Position numbers and translations under genes: made by a program. 24,000 bases of DNA from positions 421,108-445,107 of the forward strand of contig CAWEYT010000010.1 in NCBI GenBank assembly GCA_963813375.1, in the 5' to 3' direction. Positions 1 to 8,570 of the stretch are shown here, in pieces. Position 1 is the first letter of the stretch. Each line of letters opens with the position of its first letter. The notes beneath the pieces are model-generated. The model was not told where the DNA came from and made no database searches. It worked only from the letters and a program-made list of their open reading frames with translations. The stretch is from an uncultured Acidimicrobiales bacterium. Lineage in GTDB: Bacteria; Actinomycetota; Acidimicrobiia; Acidimicrobiales; Ilumatobacteraceae.

Positions 1-415
1 GCCCAACGCCTTCAGCACGTGCGGCACCATCGACTGCACACCGAACGAGAGTCGGTTCACGCCGCCGGCGCGGTACGTGGCCAGGAGCGCCGCGGTCACG
101 TCGTCCGGGTTGCACTCGACCGTGACCTCGGCCCCGTCGGCCAGGGGCAGCGCCGCCAGCACCCGCGCGAGATCGGCGGCTGGCACCAGCGAAGGCGTCC
201 CGCCGCCCACGAACACGCTCGTCACGCCGCCGGGGCCGAGCACGCCGGCAGCGGCCACGGCGGCCGCAGTCGATCTCCGCCTGCACCGCATCGAGGTACT
301 CCGCCACCAGGTGGTGGCGGTCCGTCCACGTGGCGAAGGCGCAGTAGTCGCAGCGGGCCGCGCAGAACGGGATGTGGAGATAGACGCCGAAAGGCGTTTG
401 GGGCGCGGCCGTCAC
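1..415 (-). pseudogene. hemW: Radical-SAM HemW/HemN-like protein (heme chaperone / oxygen-independent coproporphyrinogen-III oxidase family). 5' part only, runs off the left edge. The reading frame is broken in this sequence.
   Basis: The minus-strand frame from GTG 415 gives VTAAPQTPFGVYLHIPFCAARCDYCAFATWTDRHHLVAEYLDAVQAEI, which contains the radical-SAM CxxxCxxC motif. The rest of the family signature (GVTSVFVGGGTPSLVPAADL..AEVTVECNPDDV..GVNRLSFGVQSMVPHVLKALG) is in the neighbouring minus frame. The switch lies somewhere in 225-277. The GTG overlaps the bldD stop (GTGA). Confidence 0.6.
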
Positions 416-948
416 TCCTTCGGCGCGTTGGGGTTGAAGCGCAGACCCCACGCGTCGAGCTTACGGATGGCCTGGTCGATGGTGAGGTCGAACATGGCGG
501 CTACCGCCCGCATGTCGTCCGCCCGGATGGTCAGGACCTTGCCGTTGAAGTCCCCGCGGGCATGCTGGATCATCTTCAGGTACCGGGCCAGCATCTCGAA
601 GTTGGGCCCGTCGAGCTCGGCCAGACGGCTGAGGTCGACTGCGACCTTCTCGCCCGAGCCGCCGCGGTTGGCCGGCGGTGCGCCGTCGGCGTCGCCGGGA
701 TCGGGAAGGAGCTGGTCGACGGGCGCCTCGTAGATGAGGGCCAGTCGGGCCAGCCGGGGCACGGAGATCGCCCGCTCACCGCGTTCGTAGGCACCGAGCA
801 CCGACGCCTTGAACTCGCCGCTCGAGAGCTCCTCCACGGCGTCCAGCGACAGCTTCTTCTGGGCCCGGATCGACCGCAGGCGCTGGCCCACCAGACGGGC
901 GTATGGGGAGCCGGCGCCGTCTTCGCCGGTGGGGTTCTCGGTTTCCAT
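412..948 (-). CDS. bldD: BldD-family XRE-type HTH transcriptional regulator with a c-di-GMP-binding-type C-terminal domain
   Basis: ATG at 946-948 (minus strand). The N-domain YARLVGQRLRSIRAQKKLSLDAVEELSSGEFKASVLGAYERGERAISVPRLARLALIYEAPVDQLLP closely resembles Streptomyces BldD as I recall it. The C-domain has RGD-FNGKVLTI-RADD, matching RXD-X8-RXXD. The 47 codons upstream in the ORF-track call (to 1089) are R/G/P-rich and unlike protein. Confidence 0.8.
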   Translation of the reverse strand: METENPTGEDGAGSPYARLVGQRLRSIRAQKKLSLDAVEELSSGEFKASVLGAYERGERAISVPRLARLALIYEAPVDQLLPDPGDADGAPPANRGGSGEKVAVDLSRLAELDGPNFEMLARYLKMIQHARGDFNGKVLTIRADDMRAVAAMFDLTIDQAIRKLDAWGLRFNPNAPKE

Positions 949-984
949 GTTCTTGACCACGGGAGGATTGGTACCACAAGGAAG

Positions 985-999
985 ACCACGCAGAGTGAA
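985..999. promoter_or_regulatory. Candidate BldD box (autoregulatory operator) in the bldD upstream region
   Basis: aCCACGCAGAGTGAa matches 8 of 9 specified positions of the palindromic BldD consensus nTnACnC(A/T)GnGTnAn, which I am recalling from memory. It lies 37-51 nt upstream of the bldD ATG, inside the only relatively AT-rich patch of the 150-nt rsmE-bldD spacer. Confidence 0.3.
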
Positions 1000-1098
1000 A
1001 AAGTCTCGTGCCCTGGCCTCTCCGCCGTCACCGGGCCGAGATGGCGACCATCGGTGCGTCCCCGACCGCAGAGGGTGGTCGCCGACCACCCAGGGCGC

Positions 1099-1794
1099 TC
1101 AGCCGGGCGTGGGGCGCCGGAAGGCCGCCACCAGCAGGACGCCGGCGGCGATGGCGGCGGTCTCGGTCCTCAGGACGTGGGGTCCCAAGCCAACCTGAGC
1201 GACGGATCCTCCCCCGCTCGCCAGCTCCTCGGCCGTCCATCCGCCCTCCGGACCGATGAGCACGGTCGGCCTGTCGACCCCGTCTCCAGCGCCGGGGACG
1301 GCCATGGCAACGTCGTCACCACCGGCGGCGATCAGCTCGCCAGGGCCCTGGACCTCGGAGACCTCCGGCAGCCACACCCGGCGGCTCTGCATACCGGCGC
1401 TGCGCACGACGCGCCGGAGCCGCTCCACCGCCTCGTCGCGCTGATCGCCGGTCCAACGCACCACGCTCCGGGCGCTGTGAAGCGGCACGATGCGGTCGAT
1501 CCCGACCTCCGTCAGGGCCCGCACCACCAGGTCGGGGCGGTCTCCCTTCACCACCGTGAAGCCGACCGTCAACGTCGGTCGGGCGGCCGATTCCGACACC
1601 ACGGACCCGAGTGGCTGCAGCTCCGCCCCCAGCACCACCGGACGCCAGCGGCCCCGTCCGTCCCCGACCGTGAGCTCAGCGCCGGCGCGTAGGCGCAGGA
1701 CGCGCTCCAGATGGTGCCGGTCAGCGCCCTCGAGGACGGGCTCGTCGACCGAGGAGACGAAGACGTGGGCCGCCGCCGTCCGAGGGGTCAGCAC
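1099..1794 (-). CDS. rsmE: 16S rRNA (uracil1498-N3)-methyltransferase RsmE
   Basis: 231 aa with a GTG start. Family-typical ends (AAHVFV... and ...VLIGPEGGWTAEEL...LGPHVLRTETAAIAA). It sits at the conserved position after hrcA-dnaJ. Confidence 0.85.
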   Translation of the reverse strand: MLTPRTAAAHVFVSSVDEPVLEGADRHHLERVLRLRAGAELTVGDGRGRWRPVVLGAELQPLGSVVSESAARPTLTVGFTVVKGDRPDLVVRALTEVGIDRIVPLHSARSVVRWTGDQRDEAVERLRRVVRSAGMQSRRVWLPEVSEVQGPGELIAAGGDDVAMAVPGAGDGVDRPTVLIGPEGGWTAEELASGGGSVAQVGLGPHVLRTETAAIAAGVLLVAAFRRPTPG

Positions 1795-1809
1795 ATCCGG
1801 GCCGGCCGC

Positions 1810-2955
1810 TCATCCGGCGGTCAGGAGAAGGCGGACTTGATGCGGGACATCAGGCCCTGCCCGCCGGGCGGCTCGACCGGATCCCCCAGCTCCTCGGCCA
1901 GGCGCCGCATGAGCTCCTCCTGCGTCGGAGGTGAGCTTCGTCGGCACGTCCACCACGAGCTCGGCCCGGAGATCACCCCGCCCGCGCCCCCGCACGGCCG
2001 GGACGCCACGACCGCGGAGCGTGAACACGCGGCCCGACTGCGTGCCGGCGGGGATCCGCAGTTCCTCCTCGCCGTCGAGGGTCGGCAGCGTCACCGTGGT
2101 GCCGAGCGCGGCCTGCACGATCGACACGTGGACGGTGGTCACCAGATCGTTGCCCACCCGGGTGTAGCGCTCGTGGGGCCGGACACGGAGGTGGACGTAG
2201 AGGTCGCCCGCTCCCCCGCCCCGCGGCCCGACTGCGCCGCGACCGCTGAGCCTCAGCGTCGACCCGCTGTCGACCCCGGCCGGCACGTCCACCTGGAACG
2301 TCCTGTCCTCGACCAGCCGCCCATGGCCGGAGCACACCTCGCACGGCGTCACGACCACCTCGCCGAGGCCGCCGCAGCGCGGGCAGACCGACGCGGTGAC
2401 CATCTGGCCGAGCAGGCTCTGGCGCACCCGCCGGACCTGCCCCGTCCCGGCGCACTCGATGCAGGTGACGGGCTTGGTCCCCGGCTCGGCGCCGAGACCG
2501 TCGCACTGCTCGCAGCGCACGGCCGTCTTGACGGTGACGGGGAGCGTCGTGCCGAAGACCGCGTCCTCGAAGCTGATGTCGGCCTGGACCTCCAGGTCCT
2601 GGCCGCGCGGAGGTCCGGCCGGCCCGGAGGAGCCTCCGCCGAAGGGGTTGCCGCCGAAGAAGGCGTCGAACAGGTCGCCGAGGCCGCCGCCTCCGGCGTT
2701 GAAGAAGTCACCGCCGCCGCGACCCGACGCGCCGGCGACGCCGGCCTCACCGAAGCGGTCGTACCTGACCCGCTGCTCGGGGTCCGACAGCACCTCGTAG
2801 GCGTGCGAGACCGCTTTGAAGCGCTCCTCCGCCTTGGCATCACCCGGATTGGCGTCGGGGTGGAGCTCCCGTGCCCGCTGGCGATAGGCGCGCTTGAGGT
2901 CCTCGGCCGAGGCGTCGGGACGGACGCCGAGCAGCGCGTAGAAGTCCTCGGCCAT
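1810..2955 (-). CDS. dnaJ: Molecular chaperone DnaJ. The C-terminal ~35 codons are frame-shifted in this sequence; the corrected stop would be at 1821.
   Basis: J-domain DFYALLGV...HPD, a G/F-rich region, and four CxxCxGxG zinc-finger motifs (CEQCDGLG, CIECAGTG, CPRCGGLG, CEVCSGHG). After ...VVDVPTKLT the listed frame turns into R/G/A-rich sequence. The neighbouring frame (ORF 1821..2009) reads TQEELMRRLAEELGDPVEPPGGQGLMSRIKSAFS, a normal DnaJ tail. Confidence 0.9.
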   Translation of the reverse strand: MAEDFYALLGVRPDASAEDLKRAYRQRARELHPDANPGDAKAEERFKAVSHAYEVLSDPEQRVRYDRFGEAGVAGASGRGGGDFFNAGGGGLGDLFDAFFGGNPFGGGSSGPAGPPRGQDLEVQADISFEDAVFGTTLPVTVKTAVRCEQCDGLGAEPGTKPVTCIECAGTGQVRRVRQSLLGQMVTASVCPRCGGLGEVVVTPCEVCSGHGRLVEDRTFQVDVPAGVDSGSTLRLSGRGAVGPRGGGAGDLYVHLRVRPHERYTRVGNDLVTTVHVSIVQAALGTTVTLPTLDGEEELRIPAGTQSGRVFTLRGRGVPAVRGRGRGDLRAELVVDVPTKLTSDAGGAHAAPGRGAGGSGRAARRAGPDVPHQVRLLLTAG

Positions 2956-2977
2956 GTCGCCCCGGAGGCTACTGCCG

Positions 2978-3994
2978 CTACCCCTCGGACAGGCGCTCGC
3001 CGAGGCGCTGGCTGACCACGTCGACAGCCGCCAAGGCCTGGGGATAGTTCATGCGCGTCGGCCCCAGCAGCCCCACGGTGCCGATGGCCTCGCCCTCGAC
3101 GATGTACGGCGCCACGACCACCGAGCAGACCGCGAGCTGCTCGATGCCGTGCTCGGCGCCGATGGCCACCGACACGCCGCGGTCGAGCATGTCGCGTATC
3201 AGCGACACCACGACGTACTCCTGCTCGAGGGTCAGCAACACGTTGCGCACGACGTCCACTGCGTCGAACGCCGAAGCCACGGAAGCCGTTCCGCCGATGT
3301 ACAGGTGGTCGTCCGGACGGCTGCTCCTGGCCCGCAACTCCTCGAGCCCACGCCGTGCCAGCCGGCCGACAGGGTCGTCACCCTCGGGCGGCGCGGGCAG
3401 CGTGGCGTCACCCAGCTCCGCCAGGCTGGAGCCGGTGCCGTGGCGGGCCAGCAGTGCGGACGCGCTGTCGACCACGACGTCGGAGACGTCCGGCTCCCGC
3501 TCGAAGGTGACGTTCTCGACGGTGCCGTTCGACAGCACCGCCACCAGCATGAGCTCGCGGTCGGACAGGGACACGAGCTGGAGCGACCGCACCTTGGCGA
3601 TCTCCGCCGTCGAAGCGGTGGTGACGACCGCGGTGTAGTTGGTCAGCTGGGTCAGGAGGCCGGTCGTGTGCTGCAGCATGCGTTCGAGGGCACCGTGGGC
3701 CGTGGCGAAGAAGTCCCGCACCTGCTGGCTGCGCACGTCGTCCAGAATCCCGGGCTGCGCGATCTCGTCGACGTACACCCGGTACGCCTTGTCGGTCGGC
3801 ACCCGCCCGGCCGAGGTGTACGGCTGGCGCAGGTAGCCCTCCTGCTCGAGGACGGCCATCTCGTTGCGGATGGTCGCCGGCGACACCTTCAGCGTGGCGT
3901 CCGCGGCGACGTGCGAGGACCCGACGGGCTGCGCCGTCTCTATGTACTCACGGACGATGGCCCGGAGGATCTTGGACTTGCGTTCGTCGAGCAT
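2978..3994 (-). CDS. hrcA: Heat-inducible transcriptional repressor HrcA
   Basis: 338 aa. The N-terminus MLDERKSKILRAIVREYIETAQPVGS and the rest are typical HrcA, and the hrcA-dnaJ-rsmE order is conserved. Confidence 0.95.
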   Translation of the reverse strand: MLDERKSKILRAIVREYIETAQPVGSSHVAADATLKVSPATIRNEMAVLEQEGYLRQPYTSAGRVPTDKAYRVYVDEIAQPGILDDVRSQQVRDFFATAHGALERMLQHTTGLLTQLTNYTAVVTTASTAEIAKVRSLQLVSLSDRELMLVAVLSNGTVENVTFEREPDVSDVVVDSASALLARHGTGSSLAELGDATLPAPPEGDDPVGRLARRGLEELRARSSRPDDHLYIGGTASVASAFDAVDVVRNVLLTLEQEYVVVSLIRDMLDRGVSVAIGAEHGIEQLAVCSVVVAPYIVEGEAIGTVGLLGPTRMNYPQALAAVDVVSQRLGERLSEG

Positions 3995-4002
3995 GAGGTC
4001 AC

Positions 4003-4029
4003 CCCGCTGGACTCAGGCTATCCAGCGGG
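4003..4029 (-). promoter_or_regulatory. Perfect 9-bp inverted repeat with a 9-nt spacer (CCCGCTGGA-N9-TCCAGCGGG) 8 nt upstream of the hrcA ATG. It could be an operator or an mRNA hairpin.
   Basis: The arms at 4003-4011 and 4021-4029 are exact reverse complements. The spacer ctcaggcta contains the photolyase stop codon (4018-4020). Confidence 0.35.
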
Positions 4030-5398
4030 CCTTCCCGCCACCGGTCCCTTGACCAGCCCGTAGCGGCGCAGCGATTCGGCCCGCTCCTCCCGGTGGTCGA
4101 CCATCGGCGGGTGGTAGCCGAGCGGGATCCCCCGCTTGGACTCCCACGGCGCGTGCACGTCGTCGCCGTCGACGTGGGCCAGTTCGGGGACCCACCGGCG
4201 GATGTAGGCGCCGTCCGGATCGAACCGCTTCGACTGCGTGACCGGGTTGAAGATACGGAAGTAGGGCGCGGCGTCCGTGCCCGTGCCCGCCGTCCATTGC
4301 CATCCGTGGCTGTTCGACGCCAGATCGCCGTCGACGAGGTGCGCCATGAAGTGGCGGGCTCCCCACTGCCACGGCACATGCAGGTCCTTCACCAGGAAGC
4401 TGGCCGCCACCATCCGGACGCGGTTGTGCATCCAGCCCGCGGCCAGCAGCTGGCGCATGCCGGCGTCGACGATCGGGTAGCCGGTCTCACCCCGTTGCCA
4501 GGCCTCGAAGCGGCGGCCCGCGTCCACCCCGGTGTCGACCGGCATGGCGTCCATGCGGCGGTTGAGGTTCTCCCACCCCGATCGGGGATGGTGGTACAGG
4601 ACGTCGGCGTAGAAGTCGCGCCAGGCCAGCTCCGTCGCGAAGACCCGTTCGGACTTCGACGCACCGAGCTCGCCGAGGAGCTGCCGGGGGTGGACCATCC
4701 CGAAGTGCAGGTACGGCGAGAGCCCGCTGGTGCCGGGAAGGTCGGGCCGGTCCCGTCCCGAGGCGTAGCGCACCAGCGCGCCGCGAGCGAAGTCCTCCCA
4801 TCGGGCGTGGCCCGCCGCCTCACCAGCGGGCGGCAACTCCGCGGTCGGTGGCCGGCGGGCGCGGCAGCGGCTCCGACCTGATGGCCGGACGGCCCCGCCA
4901 CTCGGGCTGGGGCTCCGGGAGCGGCGCGCTCCAGCCGGCCCGCCGCCACGCCTTCGAGAACGGCGTGAACACCGCGTAGGGAGCGCCGTCCTCCTTCGTC
5001 ACCGATCCGGGGTCGGCCGCGTACGGCGAACCGGTCAGCACCAGCGATCGACCGTCTGCTTCCAGAGCGGATGCGACGGCTCGATCCCGCCGCCGGCCGT
5101 ACGGACCGAAGTCGGCGGTGGCGTGGACGTCCCGGGCGCCGAGCTCCTCGGCCAACTCGGGCACGACGGTGGCCGGATCGCCCGCGCGCACGACCAGCGC
5201 TGCGCCCATGGCGTCGTCCAGCGCGGCCAGCCCCGCGAGCAAGAAGGCCTGCCTCGGCGCGCCGGCACGCGCGAGGAACACCGGGTCGAGCACGAACAGC
5301 GGTGTGACGGGCCCGCCGGCCGTCGCCGCGCACAGGGCCGGATGGTCGGCCAGGCGGAGGTCGCGCCGGAACCACAGCACCGTCGGCGTCCGGCTCAC
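4018..5398 (-). pseudogene. phr: Deoxyribodipyrimidine photolyase / cryptochrome-family FAD protein, split by one frame break
   Basis: The N-terminal domain ORF 4820..5398 (GTG start; TVLWFRRDLRLADHPAL...) and the FAD-domain ORF 4018..4836 (..TSGLSPYLHFG..WMHNRVRM..DGDLASNSHGWQW..) are adjacent frames of one gene. The join is at about 4836-4875 (..SEPLPRPPA / PTAELPPAGEAAGHARWEDF..). Confidence 0.8.
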
Positions 5399-5411
5399 GA
5401 CGCGGGCAACG

Positions 5412-6656
5412 TCAAGGGACCGACTCGGCGGGGACGACCGGAGGGGCGGCGACCGATCTGGCCCGCGCCCTCAGCGACAGCGCCACCGCGCCGACGCATC
5501 CCAGGGCGACCAAGCCCCCGTACGCGATCGACCAACCTGCGCCAGCGTGGTCGCCGATCCACCCGGTGATCGGTCCGCCGATCGGAGTGGACCCGAGAAA
5601 CGCCGTGGCCTGGAGGGCGAGCACGCGGCCCCGCATGTTCGGGGGGACCCGGGGCATGATGATGCCATTGGTCGACGCGATGTAGCCGGCGCCGCCCATG
5701 CCCATCGGGATGGCAAGCACGAAGGCCACGGCCAGCGTCGGCGCGACGCCCATCAGCGTGGAGAACACACCGAGCAGGGTGAGCGTGGCCAGCATGGCGG
5801 TGATCCCGACGTGGCGCTGCGAGGCGATGATCAGCGAGCCGGCGAAGCTGCCGAGGCTGGTCACGGCCAGCAGGAGCCCGAAGGCCGTCACCCCGCCGTC
5901 CAGGTTCCGCGACGACACCAGGAGCAGCGAGACCCCGTAGTTGAAGGCGAAGGTCGAGACGACGATCAGCACGATGAAGGTGGGCCGCAGCACGGGCTCG
6001 CGCCAGACGAAGCCGAGCGCCTCGCGGAGCGGACGGCCGCCGCGAGGCGCGGGCGTGACCATGCGCAACTGGGCCGGGTTCATGAGGATCAGGCTGACCA
6101 GCACGGCCAGGAAGGACAGACCGTTGCCGATGAAGCACCAGCCGGTGCCTACCAGGCCGACCAGCACGGCGGCGAGGGCCGGGCCGAACACGCGGGAGCC
6201 GGTCATGACGGCGGTGTTGAGCGAGAGGACGTTGGGGATGTCCTCCTCGTCGACCAGCTCCGTCACCAGGCTGCGACGGGCCGGGTTGTCGATGGCGGCC
6301 AGCACGCCGAGCACGACCGTCAGGCCGTAGACCAGCCCCAGGGTGACGACGCCGGTCAGGTCGAGGACGCCGAGGAGGAGGGCCTGCGCGGCCATGCCGG
6401 CTTGCGTGACGATGGTGAGGCGACGCCGGTTCACCCGGTCGGCGAGCACACCGGCCCAGGGGCCGAGGAGCAGCAGCGGCAGGAACTGGCAGGCCAGCAC
6501 CAGCCCCAGCGACGTGCCCTGACCCGACAGGCGGTAGACCAACCAGCCCTGGGCGGTCGCCTGCATCCACGTGCCGCAGTTCGACACGAGCATCCCGGCG
6601 AAGAACAACCGGGCGTTCCGCTGCTTCAGCGAGCGGAACGTCCCCAGCCGAGCCAT
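5412..6656 (-). CDS. MFS transporter (EntS/MFS_3-like, 12-TM type)
   Basis: 414 aa and hydrophobic throughout. N-terminus FRSLKQRNARLFFAGMLVSNCGTWMQ..AQGWLV and the ADRVNRRR loop motif. AAGGAGG lies just upstream of the ATG. Confidence 0.85.
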   Translation of the reverse strand: MARLGTFRSLKQRNARLFFAGMLVSNCGTWMQATAQGWLVYRLSGQGTSLGLVLACQFLPLLLLGPWAGVLADRVNRRRLTIVTQAGMAAQALLLGVLDLTGVVTLGLVYGLTVVLGVLAAIDNPARRSLVTELVDEEDIPNVLSLNTAVMTGSRVFGPALAAVLVGLVGTGWCFIGNGLSFLAVLVSLILMNPAQLRMVTPAPRGGRPLREALGFVWREPVLRPTFIVLIVVSTFAFNYGVSLLLVSSRNLDGGVTAFGLLLAVTSLGSFAGSLIIASQRHVGITAMLATLTLLGVFSTLMGVAPTLAVAFVLAIPMGMGGAGYIASTNGIIMPRVPPNMRGRVLALQATAFLGSTPIGGPITGWIGDHAGAGWSIAYGGLVALGCVGAVALSLRARARSVAAPPVVPAESVP

Positions 6657-6680
6657 CCCCTCCTTGCTACCGGATGTTCA

Positions 6681-6706
6681 GCGCCGATGCACCGCCGGCT
6701 CGGCGC
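6681..6706 (-). terminator. Weak hairpin between the lepA stop and the MFS start (GCGCCGA-N12-TCGGCGC)
   Basis: A 7-bp perfect stem with a 12-nt loop and no U-tract. It could equally be chance in GC-rich DNA. Confidence 0.2.
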
Positions 6707-6709
6707 GCG

Positions 6710-8494
<1,785 letters not shown>

Positions 8495-8570
8495 GGCTCG
8501 CTCGATGCTACCGACGCGCCCGCGGCTCGGCCCTGGAGCTTCACGCAGGTGCGACGGCGAGCGCGGCGGC

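Noticed and set aside
2956-4040. Canonical CIRCE element (TTAGCACTC-N9-GAGTGCTAA) expected near hrcA/dnaJ
   Set aside because: I found no paired GCACTC/GAGTGC anywhere in the window. Isolated hexamers at ~9241, ~13653, ~17776 and ~22678 have no partner at N9. Only the non-canonical 9-N9-9 repeat at 4003-4029 is reported.
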